Below are positions 28,990 to 37,703 of a stretch of DNA of 64,000 nucleotides, one piece after another (the first letter of the stretch is position 1; every line of letters begins with the position of its first letter). The notes beneath the pieces are model-generated. The model was given only the letters and a program-made list of their open reading frames with translations, did not search any database and was not told the DNA's origin. Both the position numbers and the translations under genes were made by a program. The stretch comes from an uncultured Planctomycetales bacterium (GTDB taxonomy: Bacteria; Omnitrophota; Gorgyraeia; Gygaellales; Profunditerraquicolaceae), in contig CAZIUK010000001.1 of assembly GCA_964542785.1 (NCBI GenBank), positions 197,115-261,114 of the forward strand, written 5' to 3'.

Positions 28990-29790
28990 TTGATGAATAA
29001 GATAAAGTTATCAGTAGTGGTTATAACAAAGAATGAGGAGGCGCGTATTAGAGCGTGTCTTGAGTCTGTTAAATGGGCAGATGAAATTATAGTAGTTGAT
29101 GATGAGAGTACGGATAAGACAGTAGAGGTTGTTAAGGGGTTTGGGGCTAAGGTTTTTGTAAGGATGATGGATGTTGAAGGAACTCATAGGAATTGGGCGT
29201 ATGCGCAGGCAAAGAATGAGTGGGTGTTAAGTTTAGATTCGGATGAGCAGGTTACAGAGGAGCTAAGAGAAGAGATTGGTAGGGTATTAGCCAACAAGCC
29301 GAGGAAGTTACTGTGCATCCACGCGCATTTTTAGATGGAACCTGCGGCCATTTAAAGTCAGATATTATTCATTATTCCTATCGGAGTTTTGAAGATTTTT
29401 TAGCTAAGCTTAACCGCCAGACTACTTGGGAGGCGCAAAAGTGGTATAATGCGAATAAACCAATGACATTAGGCCGCTTTTTATGGCGGACTTATGACCG
29501 CTTTATGCGTTCTTATTTTGGTAAAAAAGGATACAAGATGGGATTTATGGGTTTTGTGATTGCTTATTTTGCCGCGTTGTATCAATTTGTAAGCTACTTG
29601 AAATACCGCGAAATAATCCTTAATGGCGGACTTATGACCGCTTTATGCGTTCTTATTTTGGTAAAAAAGGATACAAGATGGGATTTATGGGTTTTGTGAT
29701 TGCTTATTTTGCCGCGTTGTATCAATTTGTAAGCTACTTGAAATACCGCGAAATAATCCTTAACAGGGACACCCAATCTGCTAAAGCTGC
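28990..29790 (+). pseudogene. waaE/kdtX-like GT2 LPS-core glycosyltransferase paralog, frameshifted, internally deleted and carrying a tandem duplication
   Basis: About 80% identical to the intact copy at 31021; frame breaks after ...LANKPRK; about 45 codons missing; same 3' end CTTAACAGGGACACCCAATCTGCTAAAG. Confidence 0.75.
29484..29763 (+). repeat. tandem direct duplication, 2 x 140 bp
   Basis: TGGCGGACTTATGACCGCTTTATGCG...GAAATAATCCTTAA repeated exactly; the period is not a multiple of 3. Confidence 0.85.
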
Positions 29791-29876
29791 GGGTGTCCCC
29801 AAATAGAAAGGAACGGGGACAGCCGTCCGATTGGCAAGTTGGGTGTCCCTAATATGAGGGTTGTGTTTTGGTCTTG

Positions 29877-29987
29877 GGGACATCCTCCAAGGTGCCAGGC
29901 TCCTTGTAAAAAAGGGGAATTTTGAAGAAAAATCCTTCAAAAACAGCCAAAAATCGTTGGAGAGTGGATACTTGGAGAGCGTCCCCC
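29877..29987. mobile_element. MITE-like element, copy G
   Basis: GGGGACATCCTCCAAGGTGCCAGGCTCC ... AAAAACAGCCAAAAATCGTTGGAGAGTGGATACTTGGAGAGCGTCCCCC; ends 7 nt before ATG 29995. Confidence 0.7.
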
Positions 29988-29994
29988 AGGTTTT

Positions 29995-31020
29995 ATGAAG
30001 AAAATAGAAGATAAAAAGATTAAAAAGATTTTAATAATTGGGCATCGTAATATCGGTGATGCCTGTTGCGACCTTGTTGTGGTCGGGCCGCTGCGCCGTA
30101 AGTTTAAGAACGCGGAGATTGTTTTCTTAACTTCTGCGGTTTCACAAGATATAGTTGAGGGATATAAGGGGTTAGACAGGGTTATTGTCTTTGACAAATA
30201 TGGCGTAGATAAAGGTATCCGGAGGCGTTTGCGCCTGTTATTGTTATTGAGAGGTGAGCGTTTTGACCTTGTGGTGGCACTATCTTCCACCTGGATGTAT
30301 AAATATGTCGGAGGCACATATCAATGGAGCGTTAGAAAGTATCTTGGGTGTTTGCCGCAAGATAAAAAAATGCATATCGCTGATATATATCTTGAATTCC
30401 TGCGCTCCTTTGGCGTGGAAACAGAAAGGGAACACTGGGATTTTAATGTGGAAGGGGAAGATAATTTTTGCGATGAGTTTTTAAGAAAAGCTGGCGTAAA
30501 CAATGGGGACAGAATAGCCGGGATTTTACCCTATAGCGGTTGGCTTTTAAAGGACTGGCCGGTTGAAAGATGGAACGAGCTGGCTAATTTATTAAACAGT
30601 AAGTATAATATTAAAGTTATTGCTTTTGGCAGGGTTGCCGATGATATTAAAGGGAAAGAGAAATTAATACAACTGTCACCTTTGATTATATCCGCGGTTA
30701 ATAAGACCACTTTAAAGCAGGCACTATCTTTAATTAAGCGCTGTAATCTTTTTATAGGGGTAGATTCCAGCCTTCTGCATTTAGCAAGCTGTGTGGGGGT
30801 GGAAACAATCGGTTTATTCGGGGCAACTTCAAAAGAATATATTTACCCGTATTTTCATTATTCTAATGTAATTACCCCTGCGCAAAAGCGCTATTGCATG
30901 CCTTGTTATCCCGGGTTAAATCCTTGTCCATGTATGAAGAATAAGCTCGTCCGCAGCCCTTGTATGGAAGATATTTCTGTGGAAAGTGTAATGCAATTAG
31001 TAAAACAAAGGAGTATGTAA
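29995..31020 (+). CDS. ADP-heptose:LPS heptosyltransferase (GT9)
   Basis: KILIIGHRNIGDACC, GVDSSLLHLASCVG. Confidence 0.85.
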   Translation: MKKIEDKKIKKILIIGHRNIGDACCDLVVVGPLRRKFKNAEIVFLTSAVSQDIVEGYKGLDRVIVFDKYGVDKGIRRRLRLLLLLRGERFDLVVALSSTWMYKYVGGTYQWSVRKYLGCLPQDKKMHIADIYLEFLRSFGVETEREHWDFNVEGEDNFCDEFLRKAGVNNGDRIAGILPYSGWLLKDWPVERWNELANLLNSKYNIKVIAFGRVADDIKGKEKLIQLSPLIISAVNKTTLKQALSLIKRCNLFIGVDSSLLHLASCVGVETIGLFGATSKEYIYPYFHYSNVITPAQKRYCMPCYPGLNPCPCMKNKLVRSPCMEDISVESVMQLVKQRSM

Positions 31021-31788
31021 ATGGCTAATTTATCGGTAGTAGTTTTAACAAAGAATGAAGAGGCATGTATTGCAGAGTGTCTTGAGTCGGTGAAGTGGGC
31101 GGATGAAATAATCGTAGTAGATGATGAGAGTACTGATAAAACTTTAGAGATTGTTAAGCAATTTAACGCGAAGGTTTTTGTAAGGAAGATGGATGTTGAA
31201 GGAACTCATAGGAATTGGGCGTATGCGCAGGCGCGTAATCCTTGGGTTTTAAGTTTAGACGCGGATGAGTCTGTAACACCTGAGTTAAAGACAGAGATTG
31301 AACAAGCAATGAAGTCTGAGGAGTTTGTGGCGTTTAGTATTCCGTTACGTAATTATATTAGTAATTATTGGGTAAGGTATGGGGGGTGGTATCCTGCTTC
31401 TAAGGTACGGTTATTTAGGAGAGATAAGTTTAGGTATGAAGAAGTTGAGGTGCACCCTAGGGCTTTTATTGAAGGGAAGTGTGGGCATTTAAAATCGGAT
31501 ATAATTCATAAAGGATACCCTGATTTAGAGCACTTTCTTAATAGCGTTAATCGTCAGTCCACTTTGGAGGCAAAAAAGTGGATTAATACAGGGCGTAAGA
31601 TGAGCTTGGGGCATATAATTTGGAGGGCAGTAGATCGTTTCTTCAGGCGTTACCTGCGCAAGAAGGCCTATAAAGACGGGATGTACGGGTTTATAATCGC
31701 ATTTTTTGATACTTTATATCAAATATTAAGTTACGTAAAATACAAAGAAATGCTTAACAGGGACACCCAATCTGCTAAAGATATATGA
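31021..31788 (+). CDS. waaE: LPS core biosynthesis glycosyltransferase WaaE/KdtX-like (GT2)
   Basis: LSVVVLTKNEE...DEIIVVDDESTDKT...SLDADE matches KdtX/WaaE; 255 aa. Confidence 0.8.
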   Translation: MANLSVVVLTKNEEACIAECLESVKWADEIIVVDDESTDKTLEIVKQFNAKVFVRKMDVEGTHRNWAYAQARNPWVLSLDADESVTPELKTEIEQAMKSEEFVAFSIPLRNYISNYWVRYGGWYPASKVRLFRRDKFRYEEVEVHPRAFIEGKCGHLKSDIIHKGYPDLEHFLNSVNRQSTLEAKKWINTGRKMSLGHIIWRAVDRFFRRYLRKKAYKDGMYGFIIAFFDTLYQILSYVKYKEMLNRDTQSAKDI

Positions 31789-32348
31789 GGGTTGCGTTTT
31801 TGGATAGAGACGGGGTTATAAATAAATATCCGGGAGATAAGGCTTATGTAACATCTCTGCGGAAGTTTAAATTTTTACCCGGGGCAAAGAAGGCGATAGC
31901 GCTGTTAAGCAGGGGAGGGTATAAGATATTTGTTGCCTCTAATCAGGCAGGGGTTGGCAGGGGCATATATAGCCAAAAGACTTTAGACAAAATAACCTCT
32001 TTTATGCTTTTAGAGGTTAAAAAAGCAGGCGGGCATATTGATAAGGTTTATTACTGCACCCACCATAAGAAAGCAGGTTGCTCTTGCCGTAAGCCAAGGC
32101 CGGGGATGCTTAAGAAAGCTAAGCGCGAGTTTAAGATTAACCTTAAAAACGCTTATTTTATCGGCGATACAATCCGCGATGTGCTTGCCGCTAAAAACGC
32201 CGGGTGTAAGTCTATTCTTGTCTTCTCAGGGAAAGAGAAATTAAGGAATAAACTTAAGTGGGAGGTTGCCCCTGATTTTACCTTTAAGGACCTCTATAGC
32301 GCGGCAAAACACCTCTTAAAAGTTAAAAAAACTTTAATTAAATCTTGA
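31785..32348 (+). CDS. gmhB: D-glycero-D-manno-heptose 1,7-bisphosphate phosphatase
   Basis: FLDRDGVIN HAD motif; zinc motif C-x-H...C-x-C (CTHHKKAGCSCRKP). Confidence 0.9.
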   Translation: MRVAFLDRDGVINKYPGDKAYVTSLRKFKFLPGAKKAIALLSRGGYKIFVASNQAGVGRGIYSQKTLDKITSFMLLEVKKAGGHIDKVYYCTHHKKAGCSCRKPRPGMLKKAKREFKINLKNAYFIGDTIRDVLAAKNAGCKSILVFSGKEKLRNKLKWEVAPDFTFKDLYSAAKHLLKVKKTLIKS

Positions 32349-32406
32349 CAGGGGCTAGAATATCAGGTATAGTTAATTAACATAAATGTTAACTAACTAT
32401 GCTTAG

Positions 32407-33000
32407 ATGAATTACCTTAAAATCAGTAGATTAAGCAAGTTTTACTTTTCTTACCGCGATATCGCCAAGGCCCGCTGTATATCCTTGCCCTCAGCGCGGG
32501 TTGCCTTAAGCCGCCTTGTAAAAAGCGGAAGCATTATCCGCCTTAAAAGGGGCTTGTATGTTTTAGCCCAAAGGTTAAATTACTCTTCTCTTGAAGAGAA
32601 GTTTTTATTAGCCAACCTTATTCAGCCTGCTTCTTATATTTCTTTTATGACTGCTTTGAGTTTTTACGAAGTTACAACGCAACTTCAACGCAACTTTATA
32701 GAATCAGCAGGTTACCTAAGGACTAAGGAGGTAGAGGCAGGAGGGAATCTTTTTAACTATGTTAAGATAAAAAAAGATATTTACTTTGGGTTTATAAAGA
32801 CAAGCGGGTATTTTATCGCTACCCCGGAAAAGGCGTTCTTAGACGCTTTTTATCTAAAATCTTTAAAAAGGTATAACTTTGACCTTGCTTCAATTAATTT
32901 TAAGCGGCTTAATAAGGATAAACTTTTTCAGTTATCCCGCAAATACCCTTTACTAGCCCGCAAACTCTTATTAAAATATGGATACATTAAGAAGGCATGA
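32407..33000 (+). CDS. AbiEi-like antitoxin / transcriptional regulator (type IV TA)
   Basis: N-terminal wHTH-like (...ALSRLVKSGSIIRLKRGLYVL); overlaps the downstream AbiEii gene by 23 nt. Confidence 0.5.
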   Translation: MNYLKISRLSKFYFSYRDIAKARCISLPSARVALSRLVKSGSIIRLKRGLYVLAQRLNYSSLEEKFLLANLIQPASYISFMTALSFYEVTTQLQRNFIESAGYLRTKEVEAGGNLFNYVKIKKDIYFGFIKTSGYFIATPEKAFLDAFYLKSLKRYNFDLASINFKRLNKDKLFQLSRKYPLLARKLLLKYGYIKKA

Positions 33001-33625
33001 GATATTTGAGATAGAGGTTTTAAAGAAGCTTAAAGATAGGCAGCTTCTCTTGCCGCTCGTCTTTGTCGGCGGGACAATGCTTCGGCTCTGTTATGACCTT
33101 AATAGGTATTCAACGGATCTTGATTTTTGGTTTTTAAAAAAAGTAGAGCAAAGAGGGTATTTTAAAAAATTAAAAGATGCCTTAAGCGGCTATCAGATAA
33201 CTGATTCTAAATTAAAATTCAATACTATTCTCTTGGAGGTTCGGAGTAAAAATTATCCTAAACGGCTTAAGATAGAGATAAGAAGGCAGGTTAAAGATTT
33301 AGACCTTCAGGAGAGGATTGCCTTTTCTAAGTTTACTACTCTTCAGGTTGCGTTAAAGGCGCTTACTTTGCAGGGGGCAATGAAAGCTAAGATTGAGGCA
33401 GGGTTAGATAGAAAAGATATCAGGGATTTTTATGATATGGAGTTTTTGTGCCGTCAGGGAGCAGAGGTTAAGGCAGGAGAGAAGGAGTTAGAGAAGTTAA
33501 AGGAAATTATCTTAAGTTTTAAGGCGCAAGATTACAAGGTTGCCTTAGGCTCACTCCTTGAAGAGGAAGAACGAAAGTATTACGTAAAGAATGGGTTTGA
33601 GTATCTATTAAGCAGGCTATCCTAG
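32978..33625 (+). CDS. AbiEii-family nucleotidyltransferase toxin (DUF1814)
   Basis: LVFVGGTMLRLCYDLNRYSTDLDFW matches the KGGTAL..RFSEDLDF NTase motif. Confidence 0.75.
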   Translation: MDTLRRHEIFEIEVLKKLKDRQLLLPLVFVGGTMLRLCYDLNRYSTDLDFWFLKKVEQRGYFKKLKDALSGYQITDSKLKFNTILLEVRSKNYPKRLKIEIRRQVKDLDLQERIAFSKFTTLQVALKALTLQGAMKAKIEAGLDRKDIRDFYDMEFLCRQGAEVKAGEKELEKLKEIILSFKAQDYKVALGSLLEEEERKYYVKNGFEYLLSRLS

Positions 33626-33735
33626 GGGACGCTCCCCAAGGTACCACTCCGCTTTCAAAAATGCCTGTTTTTGATAAAAATTATTCAATTTTTGCCCAAA
33701 AGTCAATGGAGAGTGGCTCCTCAGGGAGCGTCCCC
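33625..33735. mobile_element. MITE-like element, copy H
   Basis: GGGGACGCTCCCCAAGGTACCACTCC ... GTCAATGGAGAGTGGCTCCTCAGGGAGCGTCCCC; starts at the AbiEii stop codon. Confidence 0.75.
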
Positions 33736-33754
33736 AAGGTTAAAGGATAGGCGT

Positions 33755-34846
33755 ATGAGGGTATTGATTGTTTATGCTTCAGCAGGCGCGGGGCACAGGC
33801 GCGCAGCAGAGGCAGTTTATGATTATTTAAAGGCTAATCGTCCGGATTTATCTTTAAAGATTATTGACGCCTTAGATAGGACGAATGCTCTGTTTAGGTT
33901 TGATTATACCGTAGGGTATTCTTTTCTTGTTAGGTATGCGGTTGGGCTTTGGAGGTTTGCTTTTTGGTTGACAGAGTTTAAGGCCTTTCGTTTTTTAAGC
34001 GCGCCGATTGCTACATTTGTAAATAATATCAACTCTTTAAGCTTTATCCGCTACCTTATCCGCAAAAACCCCGACTATATTATCTCTACTCATTTTCTCT
34101 CAGCGGATATTGCCGCGTTATTAAAGCGCAAGAAAAAGATTACCTCAAAGTTGATAACGATTATTACTGACTTTGGCGTTCATCCTTATTGGATTGCCCA
34201 AGGGACTGATTTTTATGTTGTGGCGTCTGATTTTACTAGAAGGCGGCTTTTAAGCGAGGGGGTTAGGGAAGAAAGGATAAAAGTATTCGGCCTTCCTTTT
34301 CATCAGAAGTTTTTGAAAGACTTTGACCGCAAGGCGCTGGCAGAGAAAATCGGGATTAATCCGGATAAGTTTACGGTTATGCTTATGACCGGAAGTTTTG
34401 GCACTGGGCCGTTAAAGAAGATTGCCCGGATGCTTTCTTTTAAGGCGCAGGTGTTGGTGGTTTGCGCGTCTAATGAGAAGTTGCGCAAGGGGTTTTTAAG
34501 GGAGAGATTGCCAAATGTGAAGGCCTTTGGGTATATAAATAATACTGAAGAGCTTATGGCGGTTTCTGATTGCATTGTGACAAAGGCAGGGGGCTCTACT
34601 ATAGCTGAGATTATTAATATGGGGTTAGTCCCGATTTTTATCTCTATTATCCCGGGACAGGAGTCTGGAAATGTTGAAGCAATGCAGGATATGGGGGTTG
34701 GTTTTGTCCCGAAAAACCTTAAAGAGTTAAGGGATATAATTATAGTTTTGAAGAATAACCCTGCCAAACTTGAAGAGATGCAAGAGAGGATAGAGGGGGT
34801 AAAAAAACCTTTTGTCTGCCAGGAGATATCTAATGTTATACGTTAA
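33755..34846 (+). CDS. MGDG-synthase/UgtP-like glycosyltransferase (GT28)
   Basis: MRVLIVYASAGAGHRRAAEAV N-term; C-terminal GT28 motif TKAGGSTIAE. The ORF track start 33671 lies inside the MITE; ATG 33755 preferred. Confidence 0.75.
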   Translation: MRVLIVYASAGAGHRRAAEAVYDYLKANRPDLSLKIIDALDRTNALFRFDYTVGYSFLVRYAVGLWRFAFWLTEFKAFRFLSAPIATFVNNINSLSFIRYLIRKNPDYIISTHFLSADIAALLKRKKKITSKLITIITDFGVHPYWIAQGTDFYVVASDFTRRRLLSEGVREERIKVFGLPFHQKFLKDFDRKALAEKIGINPDKFTVMLMTGSFGTGPLKKIARMLSFKAQVLVVCASNEKLRKGFLRERLPNVKAFGYINNTEELMAVSDCIVTKAGGSTIAEIINMGLVPIFISIIPGQESGNVEAMQDMGVGFVPKNLKELRDIIIVLKNNPAKLEEMQERIEGVKKPFVCQEISNVIR

Positions 34847-36644
34847 GGTTGTTTTAGGGTTGCCGTTGGATTGTTCTTTTGATTATTTTGTGCCGAAAGA
34901 ATTAGAAAAGGAGGTTTCTGTTGGCGCAAGGGTCTGGGTTAATTTCCGTAATAAAAAGTCAGTCGGGTATATAGTTGGATTAGCAAAGAGGACAAAGATA
35001 AAGAAGGTTAAAGAGGTTTTAGGGTTGATTGATAAGAGTCCTTTGTTAAGCAAGAATTTGCTTAAGCTCGCTCGTAATTTAGCTGATTATTACTGCTCTT
35101 CTTACGGCGAAGCGATAGAGGCAATGTTGCCTCAACCATTCCGTCAAGGTAAGCCGGGGGACGCTCTCCAAGGTGCCAGGCTTCCTTTGTCGGAGAGTGG
35201 TTCCTTAGGGAGCGTCCCCCAGGTATTAGAGGGGAGAGAGCCGAGTAAGAGGTGGGAGTTTTATATAAAAGAGTTAAAGAAGGCAGAAAGCGAAGGCAAC
35301 TCCGCAATAGTACTATTCAGCGATATGCAGACACTCTTAAAAGCAAAAGACATTTTTGAGAAAGCCCAAATTAAAGATATCTTCATTTTTCACCGCAAAG
35401 AGAAAGATGAGTCTTTGATTTGGCAGGAGGCGCGCCTTAAACAAAGGTGTGTTGTTTTAGGGACTCGCTCGGCTATCTTTGCTCCGCTTAATAACTTAAA
35501 ATTAATTATCATAGATCGTGAGGAAGATTCAGTTTATAAACAGGAGCAATCTCCTCATTATCATGCCCGCCAAATAGCCTTTATGCGCGCAAAAATAGAG
35601 GATGCCCAAGTTATTTTAGAAAGCACAAGCCCTTCTGTGGAAAGTTTTTTTCTTACACAAGAAAAGAAAGCTATCTATCAAATCTTAAACAGATTAAAGC
35701 CGTATCCACAGATATCTATAGTAGATACCAAGCGTATGCCCTATGCTGAGCGAAGAAGTAAGGCGATATTTCCAAGGGTACTAACAGATGCTATATTTTC
35801 TACTCTCTCCCAAGAGGGTAAAGTGCTTGTTTTTATAAACCGCAGGGGTTTTGCAACTTTTTCTGCTTGCCATAACTGTGGTAAGGCATTAAAATGCCCG
35901 GCGTGCAATACAAGCTTAGTCTATCACTATGACCAGAGTTTGTTAAAATGTCGTCATTGCGCTTTTAAAATGGCGCTTCCTGATATCTGTCCAAACTGTA
36001 ATGCCGGCTATATTAAGTATTCTGGTTTAGGGACGGATAAAGTTGAAAGCGAGCTTGCGCGCATATTCCCTCAAGCGCGTATTGGAGATGATATTATTGC
36101 CTCAGCAAGCGCAATACTAAAGGAAGAGGATAAGGATTTTGACTTAATCTGTGTCTTAAATATTGACAATGCCTTAAACCGCGTTGATTTTATGGCTGCA
36201 GAGAAGGTTTTTTATTTATTATCAGGGTTAGTTGCCTTAACATCTAAAAAAATAATTATCTTAACAACTTACCCCCGGCACCATATTTTTAAGTCTTTAG
36301 AAAAAAAAGACCCGCAGATTTTTTACGCGCAGGAGTTAAAGTTTAGGAAACAACTTAAATACCCTCCTTTTAGAAGTATGGCACTCTTAAAGCTTCGTGG
36401 AAGGGCTGAAGATAAGGTTAAAAAAGCAGCAGAAGGTCTATTTGAAAAGTTAAAAGAAGGTAGCAGAGGCATAGAAGCTCTCTCTGTAAATCCGGGGGAG
36501 CCCCCAAAACTGCGCAGTAATTATTACTGGCAGATATTATTTACCGCCTCAAGCCCGCTAACCTTAAGCAAGTTCTTAAAAAATAATTTAAAGGATGTAA
36601 AGTATTCGGGTATAATAGTTACGATTGATATAAACCCAATCTAG
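34833..36644 (+). CDS. priA: primosomal protein N' (PriA) homolog with degenerate helicase motifs and an in-frame MITE insertion
   Basis: N-term ...LPLDCSFDYFVP (3' DNA-binding domain), Cys-rich zinc region CHNCGKALKCPACN...CRHCAF...CPNCN; Walker A reads GREPSKRW and DEEH reads DREE. Confidence 0.8.
   Translation: MLYVKVVLGLPLDCSFDYFVPKELEKEVSVGARVWVNFRNKKSVGYIVGLAKRTKIKKVKEVLGLIDKSPLLSKNLLKLARNLADYYCSSYGEAIEAMLPQPFRQGKPGDALQGARLPLSESGSLGSVPQVLEGREPSKRWEFYIKELKKAESEGNSAIVLFSDMQTLLKAKDIFEKAQIKDIFIFHRKEKDESLIWQEARLKQRCVVLGTRSAIFAPLNNLKLIIIDREEDSVYKQEQSPHYHARQIAFMRAKIEDAQVILESTSPSVESFFLTQEKKAIYQILNRLKPYPQISIVDTKRMPYAERRSKAIFPRVLTDAIFSTLSQEGKVLVFINRRGFATFSACHNCGKALKCPACNTSLVYHYDQSLLKCRHCAFKMALPDICPNCNAGYIKYSGLGTDKVESELARIFPQARIGDDIIASASAILKEEDKDFDLICVLNIDNALNRVDFMAAEKVFYLLSGLVALTSKKIIILTTYPRHHIFKSLEKKDPQIFYAQELKFRKQLKYPPFRSMALLKLRGRAEDKVKKAAEGLFEKLKEGSRGIEALSVNPGEPPKLRSNYYWQILFTASSPLTLSKFLKNNLKDVKYSGIIVTIDINPI
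35157..35219. mobile_element. 63-bp mini-MITE (two TIRs, no core) inserted in-frame in priA
   Basis: GGGGACGCTCTCCAAGGTGCCAGGCTTCC-TTTGTC-GGAGAGTGGTTCCTTAGGGAGCGTCCCC; translated as GDALQGARLPLSESGSLGSVP. Confidence 0.7.
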
Positions 36645-36667
36645 TAAACTGTAAGATAGTATATAGC

Positions 36668-37612
36668 ATGAAAATAGCATTTTTCGGCAGTTCATATTTC
36701 GCTGTCCCGGCACTTGAGGCGCTTATTAAAAATAAGCATAAAGTTTTTTGCGTTGTTACCCAGTCGGATAAGAAAAAGGGTAGGTACTTGCGTTTAGGGT
36801 ATACTGATATTAAGGCGAAAGCATTAGAGGCAAACCTAAAGGTTTTTCAACCAGAGAACGTCAATACCCCTAAGTCAGTTGAGTATTTAAAAAAGCTTAA
36901 CGTGGATATTTTTGTAATAGTCTCCTATGGCCAGATTTTGTCGCAGGAAGTTTTAGATATTCCAAAGGTATTCCCTTTAAATATTCACGCTTCACTCTTG
37001 CCTAAATACCGTGGTGCAGCGCCTATAAATTGGGCAGTGATAAATGGCGAAAAGGTTACGGGTGTAACTATTATGCAGGTAACTAAAAAGATGGACTCCG
37101 GCCCGATAATCTTACAGCAAAAAATAGATATTTTAAATACGGATGATTCTTGTTCTTTGGAATTTAAACTGCGTGATTTAGGCGCGGATTTGTTGTTAAA
37201 AGCTCTTTCCTTGATAAAGGGTAAGAATTATAAATTAATAGAACAGGATGAAAGAGAGGTTGTCTTTGCCCCTAAGCTTAAAAAAAGCGACGGGCTTATT
37301 AATTGGGAGATGCCTGCGCAAGAGATAGCCAATCTTATCCGCGGGGTTCAGCCTTGGCCGGGAGCTTCTACATGTTATAACGGAAAACTATTAAAGATTT
37401 ATAAAGCAAAGCCTCTTGACTGTAAGTTACCTCAAGTCGATTCTTGTTCTTTTGGAGGAATAGTGTTGGTGGGTAAAGAAGGGATAACCGTAAAAACAGG
37501 AAAAGGATTTTTACTGATTGAGGAGTTACAGCTTGAAGGCAAAAAAAGGCTGACCGCAGGAGAGTTTCTCTTAGGCCACGAGATTAAAATGGGGACAGCG
37601 ACTTTTTTTTAA
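36668..37612 (+). CDS. fmt: methionyl-tRNA formyltransferase
   Basis: N-term MKIAFFGSSYFAVPAL; formyltransferase SLLP/HASLLPKYRG motif; C-terminal domain. Confidence 0.92.
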   Translation: MKIAFFGSSYFAVPALEALIKNKHKVFCVVTQSDKKKGRYLRLGYTDIKAKALEANLKVFQPENVNTPKSVEYLKKLNVDIFVIVSYGQILSQEVLDIPKVFPLNIHASLLPKYRGAAPINWAVINGEKVTGVTIMQVTKKMDSGPIILQQKIDILNTDDSCSLEFKLRDLGADLLLKALSLIKGKNYKLIEQDEREVVFAPKLKKSDGLINWEMPAQEIANLIRGVQPWPGASTCYNGKLLKIYKAKPLDCKLPQVDSCSFGGIVLVGKEGITVKTGKGFLLIEELQLEGKKRLTAGEFLLGHEIKMGTATFF

Positions 37613-37629
37613 AAAAAGTCGCTGTCCCC
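37591..37629. terminator. perfect 19-bp-stem palindrome GGGGACAGCGACTTTTTTT/AAAAAAAGTCGCTGTCCCC (repeat family, cf. 60304)
   Basis: Inverted repeat with A/T tracts; overlaps the last 7 codons and stop of fmt; a partial third arm follows at 37632-37650. Confidence 0.6.
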
Positions 37630-37703
37630 CTGTCAAAAGTCGCTGTTCCCAAAAAAGCAAAAAAGGATTGCATAATTAATAGCTTGTGCTATAATTTTTT
37701 TCT

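Noticed and set aside
30254-30503. Small ORFs overlapping the 5' part of the heptosyltransferase gene (30254-30484 +, 30321-30503 -) and 29937-30317 (-)
   Set aside because: Nested in or antisense to a well-supported GT9 gene or the MITE. No homology-like features.
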